This document shows, one piece after another, positions 27,334 through 36,942 of a stretch of 46,300 nt of DNA. Source of the DNA: an uncultured Lachnospiraceae bacterium (GTDB lineage: Bacteria > Bacillota > Clostridia > Lachnospirales > Lachnospiraceae); the NCBI GenBank assembly GCA_946566415.1, contig CAMNWW010000001.1, positions 1 to 46,300 of the forward strand, written 5' to 3'. The notes under the pieces are model-generated. The model made no database searches. It was not told the DNA's origin and saw only the letters and a list, made by a program, of their open reading frames with translations. The position numbers were made by a program, and so were the translations under genes. Within the stretch, counting starts at the first letter, position 1, and each line of letters begins with the position of its first letter.

Positions 27334-27753
27334 ATGATTGATTTACAAGATAAAAATAGTTGTCCGACAATAGAGGAAATAAGCGATTGTGTTAGAAATC
27401 CTATTTTTATGGATTTCTGTTCGGAAATCAAAAACACATATAAGTGTAATGAAAAAATAGAATATAGTTCATGCAGTTGGGAAAAAGGATGGAACATTAA
27501 ATTTAAAAAGTCTGGAAAAACCTTATGTACTATATATCCAAGAGACGGGTATTTTACAGTTATGGTTGTGGTTGGTACAAAAGAAAAAGTATTTGTTGAG
27601 ACAGCACTTCCAGAATGTACGGTTGAATTGCAAAATATATATAATCAAACGCAAGAGGGAAATGGTCAAAGGTGGCTGATGATTGATTTAGAGGATAAAG
27701 ATAGTTTATATGACGACCTGCTGCGTTTGATTCAAATCCGCAGAAATAGCTGA
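27334..27753 (+). CDS. DUF3788 family protein
   Basis: GWNIKFKKSGKTLCTIYP, GQRWLMIDL. Confidence 0.75.
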   Translation: MIDLQDKNSCPTIEEISDCVRNPIFMDFCSEIKNTYKCNEKIEYSSCSWEKGWNIKFKKSGKTLCTIYPRDGYFTVMVVVGTKEKVFVETALPECTVELQNIYNQTQEGNGQRWLMIDLEDKDSLYDDLLRLIQIRRNS

Positions 27754-27816
27754 ATTTCTGTCGGAAGGGATTTGACAATAATGTAAATTTGGCTTTCGGG
27801 GGAGGAGGAGTCATCT

Positions 27817-28398
27817 GTGCTGCCGACAAGAGAAGAAGCGGAACAACTTTTAAGAGAAGCGGAAAGGTGTAATCCAGGGCCGTGGGGGAATCACAGCCGT
27901 GTCACCGCCCAGTGTGCCGAGAGGATTGCCAAGGAATGCGGCGGCCTGGATTCAGACAAGGCATATATCCTGGGACTACTGCATGATATCGGAAGAAAAT
28001 TCGGGGTAAGGCATCTTGGGCATGTGTCGGACGGCTATTCTTATATGATGTCTTTGGGGTACGACGAGGCGGCGAAAATATGTCTGACCCACTCCTTTAA
28101 CAATCAGACTACGGACGTGTACATAGGAAAGTTTGACACTACTGGCGAAGAACTGAAAATGATTCGGGATGCCTTAAAAACAGTTGTTATGGATGATTAT
28201 GATAAACTGGTCCAGCTCTGTGATTCGATCGCGGGCGCAGACGGGGTGCTGGATATCGAGGAACGGATGGACGACGTAAGACGCCGGTATGGTTTTTATC
28301 CTCAGGAAAAGTGGGATAAGAATTTACAGCTTAAGAAATATTTTGAAAAAAAGACGGGTAAAGATATTTATAGCGTCGTAGGAAAAGGCGGACAGTGA
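27817..28398 (+). CDS. HD domain phosphohydrolase
   Basis: HS...GLLHDIGR...H...THS...CD. Confidence 0.85.
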   Translation: MLPTREEAEQLLREAERCNPGPWGNHSRVTAQCAERIAKECGGLDSDKAYILGLLHDIGRKFGVRHLGHVSDGYSYMMSLGYDEAAKICLTHSFNNQTTDVYIGKFDTTGEELKMIRDALKTVVMDDYDKLVQLCDSIAGADGVLDIEERMDDVRRRYGFYPQEKWDKNLQLKKYFEKKTGKDIYSVVGKGGQ

Positions 28399-28441
28399 CA
28401 ACCTATACTATTTTTATAGTAAGAAAGCGAGGATAGACGGT

Positions 28442-29080
28442 ATGAAAAGATTATTTAGTACGCCAAAGAGGGCGATTATTTTTGCGGTTTGTTCGGTGGC
28501 TGTTATTGCAGCTATTAGTGTAGCGGCGGTAAAAAGTACTCTGATCACCAAGGCAGAGGCGGAGAATGCCGCTCTGAGAGACGCGGGTTTGAACGAAGAA
28601 GAGGCATCGGCTTTGCGCACAAAGCTTGAATTTGATGACGGACGGTTTCAGTATGAAGTTGATTTCTACAGCAATGGGACAGAGTATGAATATTTAATTC
28701 AGGCTAAGGATGGAGAAATTATCGCGAGGGACATTGAGGGCGGAGCTAACAGTGATAATTATGGACAGAACCTGTCGCGGGATACAAGAAATCAGTCTGC
28801 CACAGACGGAAATAGTACCGCACAGCCGCAGGGAAAATCTCTTGATGAGGCAAAAGCGGACAGTGACGGCGCTTATATCGGAGTGGACCGTGCGAAGAGC
28901 ATTGCGTTAAACCATGCAAATTTGAACGAATCGGAAGTCCAGTTCGCGAAAGCAAAGCAGGAGAATGACGACGGCAGAGAGGAATATGAGATTGAATTCT
29001 ATTCTGGAAGAACAGAGTACGATTATACGATAGACGCAATTTCTGGAGATATTATTGAGTATGATGTGGATTATGATTGA
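28442..29080 (+). CDS. PepSY domain membrane-anchored protein
   Basis: N-terminal TM helix; two PepSY repeats (YEVDF...YEYLIQAKDGEII; YEIEF...YTIDAISGDII). Confidence 0.85.
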   Translation: MKRLFSTPKRAIIFAVCSVAVIAAISVAAVKSTLITKAEAENAALRDAGLNEEEASALRTKLEFDDGRFQYEVDFYSNGTEYEYLIQAKDGEIIARDIEGGANSDNYGQNLSRDTRNQSATDGNSTAQPQGKSLDEAKADSDGAYIGVDRAKSIALNHANLNESEVQFAKAKQENDDGREEYEIEFYSGRTEYDYTIDAISGDIIEYDVDYD

Positions 29081-29143
29081 AAAAGAGAGACGGTCACAGC
29101 CAGAAATGGATGCTGATAACATACACAAGAGAAAGAGATCAAA

Positions 29144-29614
29144 ATGAAATATGAAATTATACGGCTTATCGACAGACCGGAAATGAAGGAGCAGGCCGCC
29201 AAATGGTTTCATGAGAAATGGAACATTCCATTAGCGGCATACATAGAAAGTATGGAGGAATGTCTGGCTGAAAAAAGTCCTGTTCCCCAGTGGTATACCG
29301 CGATGGAGAACGGGAGGATCATAGGCGGATTAGGAGTCATCGAAAATGACTTTCATGACAGAAAGGACCTTACGCCGAATGTCTGTGCTGTTTATACGGA
29401 GGAAGACAAACGATGCCAGGGGGTGGCCGGCGCATTGCTGAATTATGTTTGCAAGGACATGAAAGAGAAAGGAATTGACACGCTATATCTTGTAACAGAC
29501 CATACGTCGTTTTATGAACGCTATGGCTGGGAATTTCTATGTATGGTACAAGGAGATGGGGAACCCGATATGACAAGAATGTATGTTCACAGGCGGGGAG
29601 ATTACAATCAATGA
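29144..29614 (+). CDS. GNAT family N-acetyltransferase
   Basis: AVYTEEDKRCQGVAG, LYLVTDHTSFYERYGW. Confidence 0.88.
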   Translation: MKYEIIRLIDRPEMKEQAAKWFHEKWNIPLAAYIESMEECLAEKSPVPQWYTAMENGRIIGGLGVIENDFHDRKDLTPNVCAVYTEEDKRCQGVAGALLNYVCKDMKEKGIDTLYLVTDHTSFYERYGWEFLCMVQGDGEPDMTRMYVHRRGDYNQ

Positions 29615-29681
29615 TACGATAGACTTACAGCTTGCAAGAAAGCCGTAGTTAAAATATGACTGTGGGGAAAGAGGTGAGGTT

Positions 29682-31265
29682 ATGGGGATTTATGTGAATC
29701 CGGGAAACCAATTGTTTAAGGAAGCGGTAGATTCATTGATTTATGTGGATAAGAGTAAGCTGATCGATTACACGAACAGCGTCCTGAAAACACAAAGGAA
29801 GAATATATGCGTCAGCCGCCCGCGGCGTTTTGGAAAATCTATGGCGGCGGATATGCTTGCGGCTTATTATAGTAAAGGCTGTGATTCAAAAGAACTTTTT
29901 GCCGGGCTCAAAGTATCACATCAGGCTCAAAAGGCGTATAAAACAAACCTGAACCAGCATAATGTAATCCGTTTTGATGTACAGAGATTTCTTTTTGACA
30001 AAGCGCATATAAATATTTTTATCAAAAGAATACAGGATGTTATTATCAAAGAACTGAAGGCGGAGTTTGGAGAATGTTTGGATATTGAGTACGGCCCGTA
30101 CGGTCTGCCGGGAGTTTTGGAACAGATTTATACACATACAGGCGAGGGTTTTGTTTTCATCATTGACGAGTGGGACAGTGTGTTCCGTTTAGCAAAGGAG
30201 GATACGGAGATACAAAAAAAGTACCTTGACTTTCTGCGCGGACTTTTTAAGGGATCGGAATATGTGGAGCTGGCTTATATGACTGGAATCCTCCCGGTCA
30301 AAAAGTATGGGGAACATTCAGCGCTCAATATTTTTGATGAATATTCTGTGACGGATCCAAAAAATCTTAGCACATATTTTGGGTTTACAGAACAGGAAGT
30401 ACAAGAGCAGTGTAAAAGATATAATGTGGATTTCGCAGAGATGGAGAAATGGTATGATGGATATCGTTTGGGAAACGTGGATATTTACAATCCCAAATCG
30501 GTTGTGGATGCATTGACATGGAAAAAGTTTAAGAGTTACTGGAGCGGTACAGAAACGTATGAAGCGTTGAAGGGTTATATAGAGAGGAATTTTGACGGAC
30601 TTAGAGAGGCGGTAGTCGAGATGCTGGGCGGAGGTCGGCGTAAAATCGATCCCACTACATTTCAAAATGATATGACTACGTTTCATACAAAGGATGATGT
30701 GCTGACCTTACTGATTCATCTTGGATATTTGACTTATGATGAACAGACGGGTGATGTCTGGATTCCGAATCGGGAAATTGCGCAGGAGTTTATACGGGCT
30801 GTAAAGGTTGGCGGCTGGGGAAAGCTTATGGAAGCGTTAAACCGTTCGGAAGAGATTCTGAAAAATACATGGGAAATGGATACAGATGCGGTGGCGGAGG
30901 GATTGGCAAAGGCGCGCAACGACACAGCATCGATTATTCAATATAATGACGAAAATTCATTGGCTTGTGCAGTCTATGTGGCATATTATAGCGCGCTGTC
31001 GTATTATGCAAAACCATTAAGAGAGCTTCCGAGCGGAAGAGGATTTGCTGATGTGGTCTATCTACCTTTGCGGAATGTAGACAGGCCCGCTCTGCTGATT
31101 GAGTTGAAGTGGAATAAATCAGCCGAAGGGGCGATTAAACAGATTAAAGATAAGAAATATGCAGATTGGCTCAGGAGTTATACAGGCGATATTCTCCTCG
31201 TAGCGATCAATTATGACAAGAAGAAAGATGTTCATGAGTGCATTATAGAAAAATGTACCATATGA
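29682..31265 (+). CDS. AAA-ATPase-like / PD-(D/E)XK (PDDEXK_9-type) nuclease fusion
   Basis: YVDKS, SRPRRFGKS, FIIDEWD, GRGFADVVYLP...LIELKWN. Confidence 0.9.
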   Translation: MGIYVNPGNQLFKEAVDSLIYVDKSKLIDYTNSVLKTQRKNICVSRPRRFGKSMAADMLAAYYSKGCDSKELFAGLKVSHQAQKAYKTNLNQHNVIRFDVQRFLFDKAHINIFIKRIQDVIIKELKAEFGECLDIEYGPYGLPGVLEQIYTHTGEGFVFIIDEWDSVFRLAKEDTEIQKKYLDFLRGLFKGSEYVELAYMTGILPVKKYGEHSALNIFDEYSVTDPKNLSTYFGFTEQEVQEQCKRYNVDFAEMEKWYDGYRLGNVDIYNPKSVVDALTWKKFKSYWSGTETYEALKGYIERNFDGLREAVVEMLGGGRRKIDPTTFQNDMTTFHTKDDVLTLLIHLGYLTYDEQTGDVWIPNREIAQEFIRAVKVGGWGKLMEALNRSEEILKNTWEMDTDAVAEGLAKARNDTASIIQYNDENSLACAVYVAYYSALSYYAKPLRELPSGRGFADVVYLPLRNVDRPALLIELKWNKSAEGAIKQIKDKKYADWLRSYTGDILLVAINYDKKKDVHECIIEKCTI

Positions 31266-31295
31266 ACCGCATCGCCGAATAGGCGATTCGGTTCA
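31263..31295. repeat. 33-bp palindrome, REP-like
   Basis: TGAACCGCATCGCCGAATAGGCGATTCGGTTCA; related to 4083-4115. Confidence 0.65.
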
Positions 31296-31315
31296 CGGGA
31301 AAGGTGGAAACAGAC

Positions 31316-32092
31316 ATGATATTCGATACACATGCTCATTACGATGATGAACAGTTCGATAATGACCGGGAGGAACTTCTGGAGGCGATGCCGCATCTCG
31401 GGGTCGGAACGATCGTCAACGTGGGGGCGTCATACAAGGGATGCCAAAAAGCGATTGAATTGGCGGAACAATTTTTGCATGTATATGCGGCTGTGGGGAT
31501 CCATCCGGATGAGGTGGGAATGCTGGATGAGGAGAAATTTGAAGGGCTTACGAAGCTGTGCGGCTCCAAGAAAGTGGTGGCGGTCGGGGAGATCGGCTTA
31601 GATTATCACTGGGATACCGAGCCGCATGAGGTACAGAAAAAGTGGTTCATCCGTCAGCTTAATCTGGCGCGGGAGATGGGACTTCCAGTGCTGATTCACA
31701 GCCGGGACGCGGCGGCGGATACCCTGACCGTCATGCAGGAACATGGAAGAGGGCTTGGCGGGGTTATCCATTGTTTCGGGTACTCTAAAGAGCTGGCCAA
31801 GGAATATGTGAAAATGGGATTTTATATCGGGGTGGGCGGCGTGGTAACATTTAAGAACAGCCGAAAGCTTAAAGAAGTGGTAGATGCGGTGCCGCTCACC
31901 TCTATTTTGCTGGAAACAGACTGCCCATATCTGGCTCCGGAGCCGTTTCGGGGAAAACGGAACCAATCCTCCTACTTGACCTTTGTGGCAGAAAAGATTG
32001 CTGAAATAAAGGGAATTACCCCGGAAGAAGTCATTGACGTGACCGAGAAAAATGCTAAAATGATGTATAGATGCCAGGACCATAAGCCATAA
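31316..32092 (+). CDS. tatD: TatD family deoxyribonuclease
   Basis: DTHAH, GIHP, GEIGLDY, IHSRDA, IHCF, LETDCPYLAP. Confidence 0.93.
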   Translation: MIFDTHAHYDDEQFDNDREELLEAMPHLGVGTIVNVGASYKGCQKAIELAEQFLHVYAAVGIHPDEVGMLDEEKFEGLTKLCGSKKVVAVGEIGLDYHWDTEPHEVQKKWFIRQLNLAREMGLPVLIHSRDAAADTLTVMQEHGRGLGGVIHCFGYSKELAKEYVKMGFYIGVGGVVTFKNSRKLKEVVDAVPLTSILLETDCPYLAPEPFRGKRNQSSYLTFVAEKIAEIKGITPEEVIDVTEKNAKMMYRCQDHKP

Positions 32093-32112
32093 ACCACTGA
32101 GAGGAGGACGAG

Positions 32113-32985
32113 GTGAGAGAGCCAACTTTAGGGAATCCGCAGAATACGATCGCGGTCTTGAAAAAATATCAGTTTAATTTCCAGAAGAAATTCGGGCAGA
32201 ATTTTTTGATCGACACACATGTACTGGATAAGATCATATCCGCGGCAGGAATTACGGCGGAAGATTATGTGCTGGAGATCGGACCGGGGATCGGTACAAT
32301 GACGCAGTATCTTGCTTGTGCGGCGCGCAAGGTTGCCGCGGTAGAGATCGACAGTGCGTTGATTCCGATTCTTGCGGATACTCTTGCGGATTATAAAAAT
32401 GTGACCGTTATCCATGAAGATATTTTGAAACTGGATGTTGAGACTCTGGTACAGGAAGAGAATAACGGGCGGCCGATCAAGATCGTGGCGAATCTGCCGT
32501 ATTACATTACGACGCCTATTATCATGGGGCTTTTGGAGGGGCATATTCCGTTTGAAAATATGACTGTTATGGTGCAGAAAGAAGTGGCGGAGCGGATGCA
32601 GGCAAAGCCGGGGAGTAAAAATTACGGTGCGTTGTCCCTTGCAGTCCAGTATTATGTAGAGCCATATATCGCTGCTAATGTGCCGCCGAACTGTTTTATG
32701 CCCCGTCCGGCGGTAGGGTCCGCCGTCATCCGGCTTACCCGGCATGGGAAGCCGCCGGTTGCGGTACAGGATGAAAAGCTGATGTTCCGTATTATCCGGG
32801 CGTCGTTCAACCAGAGAAGAAAGACGCTTGTGAACGGAATGAAGAATTCGGCTGAGATGAATCTTACGAAAGAGGATGCGGCAAAGGCGGTGCGTCTCTT
32901 AGGAAAAGATGAGAATGTCAGAGGAGAGACTCTGACACTAGAAGAATTTGCACAGCTTGCGGATATTGTGCGCGGGCTGATGTAA
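32113..32985 (+). CDS. rsmA: 16S rRNA m6,2A dimethyltransferase
   Basis: KKFGQNFLID, LEIGPGIG, VANLPYYITTP. Confidence 0.96.
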   Translation: MREPTLGNPQNTIAVLKKYQFNFQKKFGQNFLIDTHVLDKIISAAGITAEDYVLEIGPGIGTMTQYLACAARKVAAVEIDSALIPILADTLADYKNVTVIHEDILKLDVETLVQEENNGRPIKIVANLPYYITTPIIMGLLEGHIPFENMTVMVQKEVAERMQAKPGSKNYGALSLAVQYYVEPYIAANVPPNCFMPRPAVGSAVIRLTRHGKPPVAVQDEKLMFRIIRASFNQRRKTLVNGMKNSAEMNLTKEDAAKAVRLLGKDENVRGETLTLEEFAQLADIVRGLM

Positions 32986-33012
32986 TAGACAAAATTCAAG
33001 GAGGAGATAGTT

Positions 33013-33693
33013 ATGCAATACCAGATTCAAGGAGAAACATTACCTGTAGTGATCTGCCGGTTGGAGGCAGGAGAACAGATGCTGACTGAAGGAGGCGCCA
33101 TGGCATGGATGTCGCCGAATATGAAGATGGAGACGACCAGCAACGGCGGCGCCGGAAAGGCGATTGGCAGGATGTTCTCCGGTGAAAAAATGTTCCAGAA
33201 TGTTTATACGTCGCAGGGAGGAGAGGGGCTTATCGCTTTTGCATCCAGTTTTCCGGGAACAATCAAAGCGTTCCAAGTGGGACCGGGGCAGGAATACATA
33301 TTCCAGAAAAAGGCGTTCCTGGCATCGGAAAGAACTGTGAACCTCTCGGTACATTTCCACAAAAAGGTTGCATCAGGACTGTTCGGCGGCGAAGGATTTA
33401 TCCTTCAGAAAGTATCCGGAAATGGAATCGTGTTTGCGGAATTTGACGGACACGTAGTAGAATACGATCTCCAGCCGGGGCAGCAGATTATCGTTGATTC
33501 CGGCTATCTTGCGGCAATGTCTTCTGGCTGTCAGATGGATATCCAGACGGTGCCTGGACTGAAGAACAAGGTGTTCGGCGGCGAAGGGCTGTTTAATACG
33601 GTCATTACCGGACCGGGCCACATCTGGCTCCAGACAATGCCGATCAGCAGCGTAGCAGGAGCAATCCGTCCGTACATTCCGACAGGAAATTAA
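33013..33693 (+). CDS. AIM24 family protein
   Basis: Repeated FGGEG motifs, GPGHIWLQTMP. Confidence 0.85.
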   Translation: MQYQIQGETLPVVICRLEAGEQMLTEGGAMAWMSPNMKMETTSNGGAGKAIGRMFSGEKMFQNVYTSQGGEGLIAFASSFPGTIKAFQVGPGQEYIFQKKAFLASERTVNLSVHFHKKVASGLFGGEGFILQKVSGNGIVFAEFDGHVVEYDLQPGQQIIVDSGYLAAMSSGCQMDIQTVPGLKNKVFGGEGLFNTVITGPGHIWLQTMPISSVAGAIRPYIPTGN

Positions 33694-33832
33694 TCGACTG
33701 TCCTGCGATGCGTTTCATAAGGTGTGACTGAATATGAGCGAGATTTTATAAAAATGTCAGAATTGTGCGATTGCTTTTTCTCTTTTGATTTAGTATAATA
33801 AAAAGATATATTATAGAAAGGGGAGAAGAAGA

Positions 33833-35209
33833 ATGGCTCAAGTGAAGGATTTGGACGAGGTGTTGTTCGATATTACACCGAAAATAAAAGAGTTGGCGGC
33901 GCTTACTGAGAAGTGCAATGAGATTGATAAGGAGCTGTATACAAAGTATGAGGTAAAACGGGGACTGCGCGACCTGAACGGGAAGGGCGTCCTTGCCGGA
34001 CTTACTAATATTTCCGATGTATGTGCGAAAAAAGTTGTGGATGGGAAAGAGGTTCCGTGTCCAGGGAACCTGTATTACCGGGGATATAATATTAAAGATC
34101 TGGTAGGAGGGTTTCTGAATGCCGGGCGGTATGGTTTTGAGGAGACGGCATATCTGCTGCTATTCGGCGAACTGCCAAGCGAGAAACAGCTTGAGGACTT
34201 TAAGGGGACGCTTTCCGAGAGGCGGACTCTCCCGCCGAATTTTGTACGGGACGTAATTATGAAAGCGCCGAGCCGGGACATGATGAACAGTTTGTCGCGG
34301 TCGATACTCAACTTATACTCCTATGACGCTAAGGCGGACGATACCAGCATTCCGAACGTGCTGCGTCAATGCCTGAACCTTATCAGTGAATTTCCGATGA
34401 TGATGGTCTATGGCTACCACGCATATAATTATCGGAGAGGAGAGGATTTGTTCATCTATTCGCCATCTGAGGATAAGTCTATGGCGGAAAATATTTTAAT
34501 GATGCTCCGGGAAGATAAGAAGTATACGGAGCTGGAGGCAACTCTTCTTGATATGGCGATGGTCCTTCATATGGATCATGGCGGAGGTAACAATTCGACA
34601 TTCACTACTCATGTGGTTACGTCTTCCGGAACAGATACATATTCTACGATGGCGGCGGCGATGGCGTCTCTGAAGGGACCGAAGCACGGCGGCGCGAACA
34701 TTAAAGTGACCCAGATGTTTTCTGACATGAAGCAGGAAGTAAAGGATTGGGAGGACGACGACGAGGTCCGCAGCTATCTGGTAGGCCTGCTGAATAAAGA
34801 ACGGTTTGATAAAAAGGGACTGATCTATGGAATGGGACACGCGATCTACTCTGTTTCGGACCCCAGGGCAGAGATCCTGAAAGTATTCGTGAAACAGCTT
34901 GCCAAGGAAAAAGGATATGATAAAGAATATGCCCTGTATGAGAAGGTGGAGCATATGGCGCCGGAGATTATTGCGCAGAAGAGGAAGATGTATAAAGGCG
35001 TCAATGCCAATGTGGATTTTTACAGCGGGCTGATCTATAGTATGCTGGGTATTCCTGAGAAGCTTTATACGCCGCTTTTTGCCGCGGCCCGTGTCGTGGG
35101 ATGGAGCGCGCACCGGCTGGAGGAGCTTAAGAATGTGGATAAGATTATCCGTCCTGCTTACATGCCCCTTGCACCGTACCGGGACTATGTAAAATTGGAG
35201 GAAAGATAA
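33833..35209 (+). CDS. gltA: Citrate synthase family protein
   Basis: LHMDHGGGNNSTF, GPKHGGAN, GMGHAIY, NVDFYSG. Confidence 0.9.
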   Translation: MAQVKDLDEVLFDITPKIKELAALTEKCNEIDKELYTKYEVKRGLRDLNGKGVLAGLTNISDVCAKKVVDGKEVPCPGNLYYRGYNIKDLVGGFLNAGRYGFEETAYLLLFGELPSEKQLEDFKGTLSERRTLPPNFVRDVIMKAPSRDMMNSLSRSILNLYSYDAKADDTSIPNVLRQCLNLISEFPMMMVYGYHAYNYRRGEDLFIYSPSEDKSMAENILMMLREDKKYTELEATLLDMAMVLHMDHGGGNNSTFTTHVVTSSGTDTYSTMAAAMASLKGPKHGGANIKVTQMFSDMKQEVKDWEDDDEVRSYLVGLLNKERFDKKGLIYGMGHAIYSVSDPRAEILKVFVKQLAKEKGYDKEYALYEKVEHMAPEIIAQKRKMYKGVNANVDFYSGLIYSMLGIPEKLYTPLFAAARVVGWSAHRLEELKNVDKIIRPAYMPLAPYRDYVKLEER

Positions 35210-35239
35210 CAAAAGAGCAAATATTAGTTATCAAAATTG

Positions 35240-35294
35240 CGAAAACACTTGTCAGGATTTGAAAAATGGTTATCAAAACTTGACGGGTGTTTTT
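35240..35294 (+). terminator. Probable long-loop terminator
   Basis: AAAACACTTGTCAG...TTGACGGGTGTTTTTT. Confidence 0.5.
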
Positions 35295-35381
35295 TGTTGG
35301 TTAAGATAGGAATTACTGCCTGAGAAACCGAAAAGTTTAAAACAGAAGTATATAAAAGCATAAGAAAAGGAGGATGTCTCG

Positions 35382-36314
35382 ATGAAACAGGAGTGGAATT
35401 ATTTGTCAAGGGACGGCGTGACGCGGATTCACGTCATTGAGTGGAGACCGGCCGGTAAAGTGAAGGCTGTTCTGCAGATTTCACACGGGATGGTCGAGTA
35501 TATAGACAGGTACGACGAATTCGCCCGGTTCCTCTGCAAAGAGGGGCTCGCGGTGGCGGGGAACGATCATCTTGGACACGGAGCGTCCGTAAGGAGTGAT
35601 GAATATCTGGGATATTTTCATGAGACGATGGGGAATGAATATGTGATCGGGGATATCCACAAGCTTAGAGAGATCATGCAGAAGAAATATCCGGAAGCGC
35701 CGTACTTTATGCTGGGACATAGCATGGGGTCTTTTTTGATACGTCAGTATATGGAGCTGTACGGGAAAGGACTTACGGGCGTGATTGTGATGGGGACGGG
35801 CGCGCGCCCGGCGGCAGAGCTTGCGGCAGGAAGAATACTCTGCCGGATAATCGCGGCGTTTAAGGGGTGGTCTTATCGGAGCGCGTTTATCGACAATATG
35901 GCGTTTTCCTCTTATAATAAGAGGTTTGAGCCGGCGCGGACAGATAAGGACTGGCTGACTAAGGATGAGAAGATCGTGGACGCATACCGGGCGCATCCCT
36001 GGTGTACCTTCCGTTTTACAGTAAATGCTTACTATCATATGTTCCGGGGAATCCAGTTCTTGCAGGATAAGAAGAATGTGAAAAGGATTCCCAAAGAGCT
36101 GCCGCTTTTTTTGGTCGCGGGAGCGGATGATCCGGTAGGGGATTTTGGAAAGAGTGTGAATCGGGTCTATGAAACGTATCGGGAAGCAGGAATCCGCGAT
36201 GTAAGGATTAAGCTTTATGAAAATGACCGTCATGAGATCCTCAACGAGACGGACCGGGGGAGCGTTTACCAGGATTTGCTGGAGTGGATGGAAAGCAAGA
36301 TGACAGACAGATAA
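35382..36314 (+). CDS. Alpha/beta hydrolase (lysophospholipase-like)
   Basis: HGMVE, DHLGHG, GHSMG nucleophile elbow, RHEILNE. Confidence 0.9.
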   Translation: MKQEWNYLSRDGVTRIHVIEWRPAGKVKAVLQISHGMVEYIDRYDEFARFLCKEGLAVAGNDHLGHGASVRSDEYLGYFHETMGNEYVIGDIHKLREIMQKKYPEAPYFMLGHSMGSFLIRQYMELYGKGLTGVIVMGTGARPAAELAAGRILCRIIAAFKGWSYRSAFIDNMAFSSYNKRFEPARTDKDWLTKDEKIVDAYRAHPWCTFRFTVNAYYHMFRGIQFLQDKKNVKRIPKELPLFLVAGADDPVGDFGKSVNRVYETYREAGIRDVRIKLYENDRHEILNETDRGSVYQDLLEWMESKMTDR

Positions 36315-36346
36315 ATATGAAAAGTTTGTGAAAAAAGAAAAAATAC

Positions 36347-36411
36347 TTGACATTATTTGATCTTGGAGTAAAATATGTTCTGCACCGAACAATTCGGAGC
36401 CGAACATATTT
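36347..36411 (+). promoter_or_regulatory. Promoter with overlapping palindromic operator, probably MarR autoregulation
   Basis: TTGACA-16 nt-TAAAAT; AAATATGTTC...GAACATATTT dyad at 36371-36411. Confidence 0.7.
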
Positions 36412-36438
36412 GCATTATGGAAGGAAAACAAAAGGAAG

Positions 36439-36915
36439 ATGGACAGGAAAGAACGGGAAAAGAATGTCGGATTTGTGATTCACAGGCTGGATCATGGGTT
36501 CAGGAAGCGGCTGTCCTCTAATGTGGAGAAGGCTGGGATTGACGAGATCACGCTGATGCATGGGTGGATTATCCGCTATCTTTATGACAGACGCGAAGAA
36601 GACATTTTCCAACGGGATATCGAGCGGAATTTTTCTATCGGGCGTTCGACCGTTACGGGGATCATTCAGCTTATGGAGAAGAAAGGATATCTGCAAAGAG
36701 AGTCCGTGAAGCAGGATGCAAGGCTGAAAAAGGTTTTTTTAACAGAGAAGGGCATCCATGCCCATGAATCAATCGAGGGGATTATCGAGGAACTGAATAG
36801 AGAGATCATGCGGGGAATCAGCGACGAGGAACTGCGGATCTTTTACGAGGTGACCCACAAACTGGAGGCAAATCTGTTTGAAGGCTGCAGGTGCAAAAGA
36901 GAAGATCAGCGATAG
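36439..36915 (+). CDS. MarR family transcriptional regulator
   Basis: RSTVTGIIQLMEKKGYLQR...DARLKKVFLTEKG. Confidence 0.92.
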   Translation: MDRKEREKNVGFVIHRLDHGFRKRLSSNVEKAGIDEITLMHGWIIRYLYDRREEDIFQRDIERNFSIGRSTVTGIIQLMEKKGYLQRESVKQDARLKKVFLTEKGIHAHESIEGIIEELNREIMRGISDEELRIFYEVTHKLEANLFEGCRCKREDQR

Positions 36916-36942
36916 GATTTATAAGGAAGGAGGAGATAGACA

